The notes beneath the pieces are model-generated. The model searched no databases, was not told the DNA's origin, and was given only the letters and a program-made list of their open reading frames with translations. Below are positions 20,220 to 32,500 of a DNA stretch of 64,000 nucleotides, piece by piece. The position numbers and the translations under genes were made by a program. This DNA is from Phage NC-G: the sequence record MK310184. The stretch is one strand, 5' to 3'. Numbering within the stretch: position 1 is the first letter of the stretch; each line of letters begins with the position of its first letter.

Positions 20220-22475
20220 TTAAAGCTTACAAGCTGCGCAATCATCGGCTTTAGGAGTTTCGATTTCATAATCGTCGGTACCGGAGCCATCACGGGTGTT
20301 ATGATAGTAAAGGTTCTTACCACCAAAGTACCAGAAATATAACAGGTCATCAAGCATTACTGACATAGGAACTTTTCCTTTCTCATAATTCTGAGGGTCG
20401 TAATACGTATTTGCTGATGCTGATTGGCAAACCCATTTCAACATAATTGCTACTTGGGTAAGATAAGGTTTATTACCTTTCTTAGCGAGGCTCCAAGCGT
20501 AATCATACAACCCTTGGTTATGTTCTACATTAGGAACTACCTGACGGAAGTTACCTTCTTTAGATTCTTTAATACTTACTGGCCCACGCGGAGGTTCGAT
20601 ACCGTTGGTAGAGTTGGAAACTTGGCTGCTTGACTCGCATGGCATAAGTGCTGATAATGTGCTATTACGGATGCCATATTTAGCCATGTCTTCCCGCAAC
20701 GACGTCCAGTCACAAACATAGTTAGGGGCTGCGATTTGGTCAATCTTTTTATTGTACCAGTCGATAGGAAGCTCGCCTCGAGACCATTTAGTGTCTGAAT
20801 AATACTCGCAAGGTCCTTTTTCTTCGGCCAATTTGATTGATGCTCGGATAAGTCCATATTGTAATCTCTCAAACAGTTCATGAGTTAAATCGTTAGCGTC
20901 TTCATAAGAAGCAAAGTTGCTTGCCAACCAAGCGGCGTAGTTTGTAACACCGACACCCAGGTTACGGCGCTTCTTAGCCTTCAGAGCTTCAGGAACAGGA
21001 TAGCTTTGATAATCTAATAGATTATCCAATGCACGTACTTGTACTTCAGCCAGCTCATTGATTTTGTCTTGGTCCTGCCAATCAAAGTTATCTAACACGA
21101 ATGCAGACAACGTGCACAACCCGATTTCAGCGTCCGGACTATTCACATCAGTAGTCGGGATAGCAATTTCACAACACAAGTTGCTCTGGCGAATAGGGGC
21201 CTTTTCACGAATAAATGGTGTGAAGTTGTTAGTGTTATCAACGAACTGAGGATAAATTCGTGCAGTGCCTGAACGTTCGGTCATGAACAATTCGAAGAGG
21301 TCACGTGCTTTAATACGTTTCTTACGAATACTAGGGTCTTTTTCAGCTGCTTCATACAATTCACGGAAACGGTCTTGGTCTTCAAAATAAGAATAATAAA
21401 GCTCACCACCCATTTCATGAGGACTAAACAGGGTAATATAATCATTCTTACCGAAACGTTCCATCATCAGGTCGTTCAACTGGATTCCGTAGTCCATATG
21501 ACGAATACGGTTCTCATCGACACCTTTGTTGTTTTTCAGAACGAGCAGATTTTCAACTTCCAAATGCCAAATAGGATAATAAGCAGTAGCAGCGCCGCCA
21601 CGGATTCCACCTTGTGAACATGATTTAACAGCAGTCTGGAAATGTTTCCAGAATGGAATAACACCGGTGTGTTTGACTTCGCCCATGCCAATACGAGAAC
21701 CTTCGGCACGAATCATACCAACGTTAATACCAATACCTGCACGTTTAGAAATGTATTCAATTATTGAGTTCGCAGTTTTGTTAATAGATTTCAGCGAGTC
21801 GCCTGCTTCAATAACCACACAAGAACTAAATTGGCGGGTTGGTGTACGTGCTCCGGCCATAATAGGAGTAGGCAACGAAACCTGACGAGTACTTACAGCA
21901 TCATAAAAACGAATAATATGTGCTAAACGGTTACCTGGCTCGTCTTGGTGTAGGGCCATACCAATACACATGATAGCAAACTGAGGAGTTTCGTAGATTT
22001 TACCGGTTGTTTTATCTTTAACCAAATATTTCTCTTTCAACTGCATCGCACCAGCATAGGTCAATTCGAAATCACGCTCATGCTTGATATGAGATTCTAA
22101 GAAAGTAATTTCTTCCGCAGAATATCGAGACAGCAATTCAGGGTCATATTTACCTTCATTAACACAATAGGAAATATGGTCGATAAAACTACGTGGTTCG
22201 AACTGCCCATAAACTTCTTTACGCAGTGCAAACATCAATTCTTTTGCAGCTACATACTGGTAATCAGGTTCTTCAACCGAAATAAGGTTGGCTGCTACCT
22301 TAACAGTCAGATTCTGGATATCTTTGGTAGTCATACCATCACGAAGATGGGGTTTAATTTCTTCGTATAATTCGTATGGATCGATTTGGGTTCCTTTACA
22401 ACCCCAAGTCAGAACTTTAATAATTTTTTGTGCGTCAAAATCTTGGGATACACCACTACTTTTTTGTACTTGCAT
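20220..22475 (-). CDS. nrdA: Ribonucleotide reductase large subunit
   Basis: 751 aa; ATP-cone N-terminus and C-terminal CxxC tail. Confidence 0.93.
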   Translation of the reverse strand: MQVQKSSGVSQDFDAQKIIKVLTWGCKGTQIDPYELYEEIKPHLRDGMTTKDIQNLTVKVAANLISVEEPDYQYVAAKELMFALRKEVYGQFEPRSFIDHISYCVNEGKYDPELLSRYSAEEITFLESHIKHERDFELTYAGAMQLKEKYLVKDKTTGKIYETPQFAIMCIGMALHQDEPGNRLAHIIRFYDAVSTRQVSLPTPIMAGARTPTRQFSSCVVIEAGDSLKSINKTANSIIEYISKRAGIGINVGMIRAEGSRIGMGEVKHTGVIPFWKHFQTAVKSCSQGGIRGGAATAYYPIWHLEVENLLVLKNNKGVDENRIRHMDYGIQLNDLMMERFGKNDYITLFSPHEMGGELYYSYFEDQDRFRELYEAAEKDPSIRKKRIKARDLFELFMTERSGTARIYPQFVDNTNNFTPFIREKAPIRQSNLCCEIAIPTTDVNSPDAEIGLCTLSAFVLDNFDWQDQDKINELAEVQVRALDNLLDYQSYPVPEALKAKKRRNLGVGVTNYAAWLASNFASYEDANDLTHELFERLQYGLIRASIKLAEEKGPCEYYSDTKWSRGELPIDWYNKKIDQIAAPNYVCDWTSLREDMAKYGIRNSTLSALMPCESSSQVSNSTNGIEPPRGPVSIKESKEGNFRQVVPNVEHNQGLYDYAWSLAKKGNKPYLTQVAIMLKWVCQSASANTYYDPQNYEKGKVPMSVMLDDLLYFWYFGGKNLYYHNTRDGSGTDDYEIETPKADDCAACKL

Positions 22476-22505
22476 AATTTCCTCAATATGTTAGGTTCTA
22501 CAATT

Positions 22506-22531
22506 ATTCTATCATAGAACCTGTTAAGCAT
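22506..22531 (-). promoter_or_regulatory. Candidate MotA-dependent middle promoter for nrdA
   Basis: Minus strand aTGCTTAA (MotA-box-like), 12 nt, TAGAAT. Confidence 0.4.
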
Positions 22532-22603
22532 GGACTGATATTTATAGAATGAAATTCAGTCCGACCATAATAACCAAAAACAGAGTACAGATTATTTGAA
22601 TTT

Positions 22604-24526
<1,923 letters not shown>

Positions 24527-24693
24527 ACAAAGTTTCTTCAGCTTTTTCCAGAGCTTCAGGGTTGTTACCTTGGATTGTGAAGTACCATTTGCCTTTAACT
24601 TCAGAATCGTTGATTGATTCGCGTTGTAATTTCATTTTATTCTCCTCAAGTTGATAAGGCTATAGTATCACTACCATAGCCTGTCGTAAACAA

Positions 24694-24921
24694 TTATTTT
24701 TGAATTAAGCCCATATAAAATTCAGCATCTTCAGCATGCATACCATCACAATACTCGTCAGCCATAAAACGAGTCAGGTCTTCAAGAGGACCTTGGATTT
24801 CAATTTGGATACTAAAGAATTGAGTATCTTTGATGTAAGCCATACTCAAAGAAGGATAACGATTACGGATAACTTCGTAAGTGTATTCAAAATCAACGAT
24901 ATCAATATTAACCTTAGCCAT
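24694..24921 (-). CDS. Hypothetical protein (75 aa)
   Basis: ORF preceded by an early promoter cassette. Confidence 0.5.
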   Translation of the reverse strand: MAKVNIDIVDFEYTYEVIRNRYPSLSMAYIKDTQFFSIQIEIQGPLEDLTRFMADEYCDGMHAEDAEFYMGLIQK

Positions 24922-24981
24922 TTTATTTTCCTCATGTAGTTGATAGGTCTATAGTATCTCAACCATAGACCATTGTAAACA

Positions 24982-25254
24982 TTATTTTTGAATTTTATCG
25001 AGCCATTTACCAAGTTTAATCATTTCTTTAGTAGCTTTTTCCATACTTCTGAACTTGACCAATAGAGGATAAGTATCTACACCCATAACTAAAGTGGTTA
25101 CAAGACTATGCTCGCCTACAAGCCATAATGAATATGTTTGGATATCAAGTCCGTAATTTCGGTCTTTATGGACACGTACACCCATCACTTCAAACTGTTT
25201 ACTGGCTTTTTCTACTGCATCCAGGAAATCATCTTTAGTCATATTAAATTCCAA
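24982..25254 (-). CDS. Hypothetical protein (90 aa)
   Basis: ORF. Confidence 0.5.
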   Translation of the reverse strand: MEFNMTKDDFLDAVEKASKQFEVMGVRVHKDRNYGLDIQTYSLWLVGEHSLVTTLVMGVDTYPLLVKFRSMEKATKEMIKLGKWLDKIQK

Positions 25255-25714
25255 AAGTAGCTTTAATCAAGGCAATGACTTCAGCAGCATTTTTGTGATT
25301 AACCTGCACATGAATGGTTTGTGTATCAACTACAGGAGCATTCTCATCCACTTCTAAGAAATATTGGAATTCGCCTTCAGCGAGTTCAAAGTAATCATCG
25401 CCGTTATCCAGACTATCAAGGATGGTGCCATCTTTCATTTCAACTTTTTCAACAAAATAATCGCCTTCAACAAAGCTCATATCCAGAACTTTAAAGGTGT
25501 CACCACACTCTGCCATCCGCTTAACCATAAGTGCATTATCATCTGGACAGTCTGCAATAAAATGTTTTTTAGCAGCAGGGTCTAATACGTAAATTTTACC
25601 AGTTTCCATTTTTATTTCCTCATGTTTTGATAGGTCTATAGTATCATGTTTAAAGGGGTTGTAAACCATTAAATGCCAAAAAGGGAAGACCGAAGTCTTC
25701 CCATTATAAATCAA
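25244..25714 (-). CDS. Hypothetical protein (likely about 121 aa, start METGKIY)
   Basis: ORF; Shine-Dalgarno before the internal Met; promoter cassette upstream. Confidence 0.5.
   Translation of the reverse strand: MIYNGKTSVFPFWHLMVYNPFKHDTIDLSKHEEIKMETGKIYVLDPAAKKHFIADCPDDNALMVKRMAECGDTFKVLDMSFVEGDYFVEKVEMKDGTILDSLDNGDDYFELAEGEFQYFLEVDENAPVVDTQTIHVQVNHKNAAEVIALIKATFGI
25682..25701 (-). terminator. Rho-independent terminator after gene 32
   Basis: Minus strand gggaagac-uucg-gtcttccc followed by a T-run. Confidence 0.65.
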
Positions 25715-25718
25715 TAAC

Positions 25719-26630
25719 TTATAGACCAGCTAACAGGTCGTCCAGACCATCGTCATCAGAAGGACTTACTGACGGCTCAGGAGTAGTGGAACGGGCCGGT
25801 GTAGACGGTTTGGAGTCATATGCATCAAGGTCTGCACTGAATGCGTCCAGGTCATCACCAATCTTATCAGCGGCTGCAGAAGCTTTAGCGGCAGCACCAC
25901 CAAGAGCAGCTGTACCAACAACTTTCTTAAACTTAGCTTCGTTAGTTTCGAATGATTTGAAATCGAGCAGTTTAGAAAGGTCGTGCATTTCTTCCATCAA
26001 TTTGGCTTGGTAAGCTTCATCATTGATGTTAGGAATTTCAGACTGACCCATGAATTTGGAATCGTCGTAGTTTTTGAAGTCGCCAACTTTCTTAGATTTT
26101 AGTACGAAGTTCGCACCATCAAACGGACATGTTACGTCAACCGGCACTTCACCAATATCGGTATCAACTTCAACCATCTGGTTGATTTTATCCATAATTT
26201 TCTGACCGAAACGGAATTTAAACACTTTACCTTCGTTAGCAGGCACTGCACTATCCTTAATAACAAGGATGTTAGCCCAGAAGGAAGTTTTACGTTTCAT
26301 CAGTTTGTATTCGGCGTTATTAGTATTAAAGGTATCGTTCTGGTTCATGTATTTACATACAGGACAAGAATCGAAATCACCATGAGTAGACGTGCAGTTT
26401 TCAATATACCATTGACCATTTTTCTTAAAGCCGTGGTTAACGAGCTTAATGAATGGAGATGGATTTTCTTCGTTTTTCGAAGGTAGGAAACGAATTACCG
26501 CAGTACCAACACCATTGTCGTCTTTCAATTTCCATTCAGCTTTATCATCGGAAGAGAAAGAAGAGCCACCTTTCATTGCAGACAGTTGAGCAGCCAGTTG
26601 GGAAGGATCGCGACGTTTAAACATAGACAT
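25719..26630 (-). CDS. 32: Single-stranded DNA-binding protein
   Basis: [20 protein letters not shown]...[10 protein letters not shown]...[10 protein letters not shown] matches T4 gp32. Confidence 0.93.
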   Translation of the reverse strand: MSMFKRRDPSQLAAQLSAMKGGSSFSSDDKAEWKLKDDNGVGTAVIRFLPSKNEENPSPFIKLVNHGFKKNGQWYIENCTSTHGDFDSCPVCKYMNQNDTFNTNNAEYKLMKRKTSFWANILVIKDSAVPANEGKVFKFRFGQKIMDKINQMVEVDTDIGEVPVDVTCPFDGANFVLKSKKVGDFKNYDDSKFMGQSEIPNINDEAYQAKLMEEMHDLSKLLDFKSFETNEAKFKKVVGTAALGGAAAKASAAADKIGDDLDAFSADLDAYDSKPSTPARSTTPEPSVSPSDDDGLDDLLAGL

Positions 26631-26697
26631 ATTATTTACCTTAGCAGATTTAGCAGTTGTATTTTATTAACAGTTTTTAACAGATTGAGTTAGTATA

Positions 26698-27327
26698 TTA
26701 ACACAGGTGATTTGAAGCAAAATTATTAAACTTAATATCAAGGTATGGGTTCCATCCTGATTTAAATTTATTTATCATGGTTATACCTACCATGTGAGGG
26801 CATTCTAAACCGGTTTCCTTGGCCATTAGCTTAGGACCTAATCTAGGATTTTCGTGCGGGCCTATATACCAATCATAAAATGATTTAGCATTTTTCCACA
26901 CTAAATGAGAACCCTTAGCAATAGCATTAGGATGTTCCCAAGGCTCTTTACCTTTAAGATGGGAGCTTTCTTTCATTTTACGTTTATGGCTTTCTGATTT
27001 AGATTTACCTTTTAAACAGGATTTAAAAGTTCCTTTAGCCATCGCCTTATTAAAGAATAAGGGCGATTTAACAACATCGTAGTGGTTATGGTAAAACTCT
27101 TCTTCATCTAAAGGCTCTTCACAAACATGAAGAACTTTGACTTTAGGACGTTCAGATAAGGCGGAAATAAATCTAGGTTGTTTGCATGACGACCAGTATT
27201 CTTTTCCGTGTGAATCAATTATAACACCATTTTTAATTAAGCAATTATGCTTAGAGCCAATATAAAAATATGGTGGAGTTTTATCTTTAATTCTCTGGCT
27301 AAACTCTAGCCAATATACTATATTCAA
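26698..27327 (-). CDS. Seg-like GIY-YIG homing-endonuclease-like protein, possibly degenerate
   Basis: N-terminal IVY...YFYIGS resembles GIY-YIG; basic C-terminus; sits in the T4 segG position between 32 and 59. Confidence 0.4.
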   Translation of the reverse strand: MNIVYWLEFSQRIKDKTPPYFYIGSKHNCLIKNGVIIDSHGKEYWSSCKQPRFISALSERPKVKVLHVCEEPLDEEEFYHNHYDVVKSPLFFNKAMAKGTFKSCLKGKSKSESHKRKMKESSHLKGKEPWEHPNAIAKGSHLVWKNAKSFYDWYIGPHENPRLGPKLMAKETGLECPHMVGITMINKFKSGWNPYLDIKFNNFASNHLC

Positions 27328-27977
27328 AATTTACAACCCTTAATTGTTTCAATGAACAATTTACGAGCCTCAATAGAATCTACTATAAGAATTTTTTTGT
27401 AAGCGTTTAATTTAGTCGAATACTTAGACCACACTAAATCATTAGTCTTTTCATCGTGCTTATCAATTATATCCATAAATGAATCAAGCAAAATAAACGT
27501 TTCGAATGAAATCACATTCGATTGAAGGAGCTTAAAAATATAGCTCGAGTTAACTTTTTTATTATAATCAAAAATTTCAGAAAGCGCTTTAACTTCAACT
27601 TTCTTACTGAAATAATAGATGTTTTTGATATCGTCCTCAAAAACTTGTTTTATTCTTTTAAGTCTACCAATGTATTCTCGGTAAAAGACTAAGGCGTCAG
27701 CATCACTGATGTCGCCAATCCATGCGTCTTGGTTAGCCACCAAGTTACTCATGAAGATAAGAGCAAGCTCTTTCAAAGTGTATTTATCACTCAATTTCTC
27801 GAAGAAATATTTGTCACGACGTTTTTGGTAAGCCGTATCAGAGATTCGCATGACCCAGTTATATTTTATAACGTCGTATTTGGCATTGAAGTGATGTTTG
27901 AGCATTAAGTATAGTGAATATACGCTCTTACCATTCACCATACGGTTATTGTTTGGTGGCATGCGAATCTTAATCAT
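27324..27977 (-). CDS. 59: Helicase loader
   Basis: 217 aa; KSVYSLYLMLK...YDVIKYNW...NLVANQDAWIGDISDADALVFYREYIGRLK matches T4 gp59. Confidence 0.93.
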   Translation of the reverse strand: MIKIRMPPNNNRMVNGKSVYSLYLMLKHHFNAKYDVIKYNWVMRISDTAYQKRRDKYFFEKLSDKYTLKELALIFMSNLVANQDAWIGDISDADALVFYREYIGRLKRIKQVFEDDIKNIYYFSKKVEVKALSEIFDYNKKVNSSYIFKLLQSNVISFETFILLDSFMDIIDKHDEKTNDLVWSKYSTKLNAYKKILIVDSIEARKLFIETIKGCKF

Positions 27978-28276
27978 AACAAGAAATCCAGGGTATTAGT
28001 TTTTTGCGTTCGTGCCATTGAAGGACGAAGCAAGTTATCATCAATGGCTTCGTTCATAATTTTATCAATAATTCCTGCAGGCAAATAACGAGCAAAGTTA
28101 CCTTCAGGGATGCTGTTCTCTTCCAACCATGCGGTAGCCGCTTCGAGGTAACTACAACCTTCAGCCTCAACAAAGGCCTCAATATCAAGGCCATTCTGTT
28201 GTTTGTTTACCAATACATGGACAGGTTCGGAAGCGGTATTAACCGCTCCATCAAAATCATTCAAAGATTGTGTCAT
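27974..28276 (-). CDS. 33: Late transcription co-activator (gp33-like)
   Basis: Acidic 100 aa protein between 59 and dsbA; assigned by synteny. Confidence 0.6.
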   Translation of the reverse strand: MTQSLNDFDGAVNTASEPVHVLVNKQQNGLDIEAFVEAEGCSYLEAATAWLEENSIPEGNFARYLPAGIIDKIMNEAIDDNLLRPSMARTQKTNTLDFLL

Positions 28277-28535
28277 ACAGTTCTACCACTTCAGTTTTTT
28301 CGTCTTCGAAACGTTCACGAGTGCCTTTATGGTACAGGGAGAACAGCTGGTTAAACATTTTACCGTCTACACCAAGTTCAGTCTTAGCACGGTCTTTGAT
28401 ATCTTTAATTTCGTCGCCATAAGCTTCCATTTTTAATTTAGTATCAGAAGCGGTTTTAATCAACTGGGCCAATGTGTTGCCGTGTTCTTCTTGATTGAAT
28501 TCAACTTTCACTTTTTCTTTAGCCATTATATTCAC
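28257..28535 (-). CDS. dsbA: dsDNA-binding protein DsbA
   Basis: 92 aa; T4 dsbA position. Confidence 0.7.
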   Translation of the reverse strand: MNIMAKEKVKVEFNQEEHGNTLAQLIKTASDTKLKMEAYGDEIKDIKDRAKTELGVDGKMFNQLFSLYHKGTRERFEDEKTEVVELYDTIFE

Positions 28536-28536
28536 C

Positions 28537-29484
28537 TTAATAAAAATCAGCTACTGTAGCAGTTAGTTTAGACAAACCGGATTTAACGAAATAAGGATAA
28601 ACTTTAGATTTCGAAGGTTTGTTATACGTATTATATCTTTCGGTAATTAAAGCAACAATATCATCTGGAATAAAGTCCATATCAATTAAGATTTGGTTTT
28701 CACAGAAACGTTCATATTGTTCTTCAGTAAGAAGTGCTTTAATTATATCATGGTCGTAATAATTAAGAGCAATTGCTTCAAGTTCTTTAGCACGAGTACT
28801 TGGAGTACGTTCGCCTTCAACCATAGTCAACCAATAATCACCACGAACTTTAATACTTGCAACGTTATCCTTTCGGTCACCTTTAACAACTTTAGTTACG
28901 CAATCAAGCAAAGCATCACCAGATTTTGTTTTGACGAATTTTTTCTGCATTGGAGACCATTGTTTTACCCCAGGGAATTTATGAAGCTGGGTAAAGTCAC
29001 CATCGGAAGAACCAATCATAACCGGATGGCCTTTAGCCGTAAGGATACGAGTCAATACAGCAATATGGTCATCGGCCTCGATTGTATCGATATTCATAAC
29101 AATATAAGGCATATTATGTTCAAGCTCATCAACAATAATATGCATTGCCGTAAATAAGCCTTCCCAGTCAAACGGTGATTCATCACGAGCCTTAGCACGG
29201 TTTTTCTTATAATAAGAGGAATAACGACGGCGCCAATAACCTGATTTAGAGTTATCAACACAAATAATTAATTGGTTGTAACCTTGTTTACGGAAGTCTT
29301 TAATGTTTTTCTTAATTGAATTCAACACGAGGTGACGAAGCATTGCTGTAGTTACTTTAGGAAATCCTGCATTTTCACCAAATTCTTGGAAGGCCGCAGC
29401 CATAATGATTTGGCTGAAATCTAGGAGTAAAAACCCATCTTTTTGTTGGTCTTCTTCAGGAAGTAAAAAATCTAAATCGTTCAT
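28537..29484 (-). CDS. rnh: RNase H (5'-3' exonuclease / flap endonuclease)
   Basis: LLLDFSQI..., CVDNSKSGYWRR...YKKNR, EADDHIAVL, SSDGDFTQLHK match T4 RNase H. Confidence 0.92.
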   Translation of the reverse strand: MNDLDFLLPEEDQQKDGFLLLDFSQIIMAAAFQEFGENAGFPKVTTAMLRHLVLNSIKKNIKDFRKQGYNQLIICVDNSKSGYWRRRYSSYYKKNRAKARDESPFDWEGLFTAMHIIVDELEHNMPYIVMNIDTIEADDHIAVLTRILTAKGHPVMIGSSDGDFTQLHKFPGVKQWSPMQKKFVKTKSGDALLDCVTKVVKGDRKDNVASIKVRGDYWLTMVEGERTPSTRAKELEAIALNYYDHDIIKALLTEEQYERFCENQILIDMDFIPDDIVALITERYNTYNKPSKSKVYPYFVKSGLSKLTATVADFY

Positions 29485-29551
29485 ATGAACCTCTGTTCAA
29501 GTAGTTGAGATGTCCATTATATCACGGCCTTAGGATAAGTAAACACTTTGC

Positions 29552-29559
29552 TATAAATA
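29552..29559 (+). promoter_or_regulatory. Late promoter (TATAAATA) for gene 34
   Basis: Exact TATAAATA about 33 nt upstream of the gene 34 start. Confidence 0.7.
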
Positions 29560-29591
29560 GTTCTATACCCTGAAAACGAAAAGGAAATAAA

Positions 29592-32500
29592 ATGGCTGAT
29601 ATTTTAAAACCTGCATTCCGTGCTACATCCGGACTCGATGCTGCGGGCGAGAAAGTTATCAATGTTGCCAAAGCCGATTACAATGTACTAGATGATGGCG
29701 TCAACGTTGAATTCTTTATAGATGAGAACACCATCCAGGCGTACGACGAGACGCGCGGATATAAGAAAGGGTTTGCAGTAATCCATGACCAACGTATTTG
29801 GGTTGCTCAACGTGATATCGCTGCACCGGCCGGAACTTTTGTACCTGGTTATTGGACCGCTACCCGTACCGACCCTAAGTGGATTACAGTAGCCTCTCCT
29901 ACTCGCCAGTTGGCTTCCGGTGAATATATTGCGGTGGACTCAGCTGCTAGCTTTACTACATTTACTCTTCCTCCGAACCCTACTGATGGCGATACCATTG
30001 TAATCAAGGACATCGGTGGCCGTGTAGGTTATAATGAAATCAAGGTTCAATCTAGTTCTGCACCCGGTGGTGGTAACCAGAAAATTGTTCGATTTGGTAA
30101 TCAGTTCTCTGAAACTCTGATAACCAAACCTTTTTCTTATAACATGCTTATCTTTGCCAACCGCCTTTGGCATTTCTGGGAAGCAGGTAACGAAGAACGT
30201 GGTATTCGCGTAGAGCCTAATACTGCACAGTTCCAAGCTCAAGCAGGTGATAACGTTTTACGTCGTTATACTTCAGGTGCAGTAATTAAGTTTACTCTTC
30301 CTAAGTATGCGAACCAAGGTGACATGGTTAAAACCGTAGATATCGATGGTCTTGGAAGTAAGTTCCACTTAATCGTTGAAACCTTTGATGCATCGTCTTC
30401 ATTAGGTAAGCCTGGTCAGCATAGCATGGAATTCCGTACCTCCGGTGATGGGTTCTTTGTTTATAACTCCGTTGAAAAAATGTGGTATGTTTGGGACGGC
30501 GACCGTCAAACTCGTCTGCGTGTTATTCGTGATGACGTAGAACTATTGGCTAACGAAAGCATTATTGTTTTTGGTCCTAATAACACAACTCCACAAACTA
30601 TTAATATCACTTTACCTACTAGCGTAGCACAAGGCGATACTATTAAAATCGCATTGAACTATCTTCGTAAAGCACAGACAGTAAATATTAAGGCTGCTGT
30701 AGGTGATAAAATTGCTTCTTCGGTTCAATTGCTCCAGTTCCCTAAACGTTCTGAATATCCACCAGATACTGAATGGGTGTTGAATGATGTATTGACCTTT
30801 AATGGTAATATAAGTTATACCCCGGTTATTGAACTGAGTTATATCGAAGACACCATTACAGGCGGTAAATATTGGGTTGTTGCTCAGAACGTTCCTACGG
30901 TAGAACGTGTGGATTCTAAGGATGATTTAACTCGTGCTCGTCTCGGTGTTATTGCCCTTGCGTCTCAGACCCAGGCAAACGTCGACCATGAAAATAATCC
31001 TGAAAAAGAACTTGCAATTACTCCGCAGACTTTAGCCAATCGTGTTGCCACTGAAACTCGTCGTGGTATTGCTCGTATTGCTACGACTGCTCAGGTGAAC
31101 CAAGATACAACTTTCGCTTTCCAGGATGATTTGATTATTTCTCCTAAGAAATTAAACGAACGCACTGCAACCGAAACTCGTCGTGGTGTAGCTGAAATTG
31201 CTACGCAACAGGAAACTGATGCTGGTGTTGACGATACCACCATTATTACTCCTAAGAAGCTACAGACGCGCCAGGGCACTGAAAGTCTTTCAGGTATTGT
31301 AAAATATACCTCTACGGTAGACACCACTCCTGCGACTGCTAGAGACACTGTAGGTACTAACGTTTATAATAAGAACGTAAATAACCTTGTTATTTCTCCT
31401 AAAGCTTTAGACCAATATAAAGCTACTCAAGCCCAACAAGGTACGGTATATCTTTCTACCCAGTCAGAAGTTAATACCGGACAATCCGCTAGTGGATTCG
31501 CTAACAGTGCTGTTTCTCCAGAAACATTGCATGCTCGTGTGGCTCTTGATACTCGTACAGGGTTAATTGAAATTGCTACGCAACAGGAAACTGATACTGG
31601 AACCGATTATACTCGTGCTGTAACGCCTAAGACGTTAAATGATAGGAAGGCTACAGAGACTTTAACTGGTATTGCTCGTATTGGTACTCAAGTAGAATTT
31701 GATGCAGGTGTATTAGATAATGTTATTTCAACTCCGTTGAAAATTAAAACAAGATTTGATGATACTGCTAGAACTTCTGTCTCAGCAGCCAGTGGTTTGA
31801 TTGAATCAGGAACCTTATGGAACCATTATACACTAGATATTAGAGAAGCAAATGAGACCCAACGTGGCACCGCTCGTCTGGCGACCCAGACCGAAGTCAA
31901 TGTTGGTACTGATGACAAAACCATCATCACTCCTTTGAAATTACACTCTAAAAAATCTACTGAAAGTTCTGAAGGTATTATTCGTGTTGCAACGAATACC
32001 GAAACCACTGCAGGAACTTCTAAAGTTTTGGCTGTAAGCCCTTCTGGTTTAAAATATGTAGTACAGACCGAAACCACTTGGGAAGCTACTGCGCTTCGTC
32101 GTGGATTTGTTAAATTGACCGAAGGCGCTTTGACTTACTCAGGAAATAAAGTTACCGGTTCCGGTGTTAAATTTAACTCGGGTACAGGCCTTTATGAGAA
32201 TGACGATACTGTTCTGAATGCAGCCAACTATCCTAAAACAGGTTATGCGGTTTCATCTTACGAGATGAATAAAACTTTACAGAACTTTTTACCTATAAAT
32301 GCTACGGCGGTGAACTCCGAGAAATTGGATGGCCTGGATTCACTTCAGTTCATTCGTAGAGACGTCGACCAAACGGTTAATGGTTCTTTAACCCTGACCA
32401 AACAATTGAACCTGGCGGCCCCTCTGGTGTCTTCTAGTACTGCTACATTTACGGATGTTACAGCTACTAATTCTACCTTTGGTACAGTGAACGTTGTTAA

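Noticed and set aside
28693-29157. Plus-strand ORFs of 60 to 170 aa embedded antisense in minus-strand genes (this one in rnh; others at 43716-44228 in gene 52, 52639-53124 in gene 39, 48539-48985 in rIIB)
   Set aside because: They lie wholly inside well-supported genes on the other strand, have low-complexity composition and no ribosome-binding sites; judged to be chance frames.
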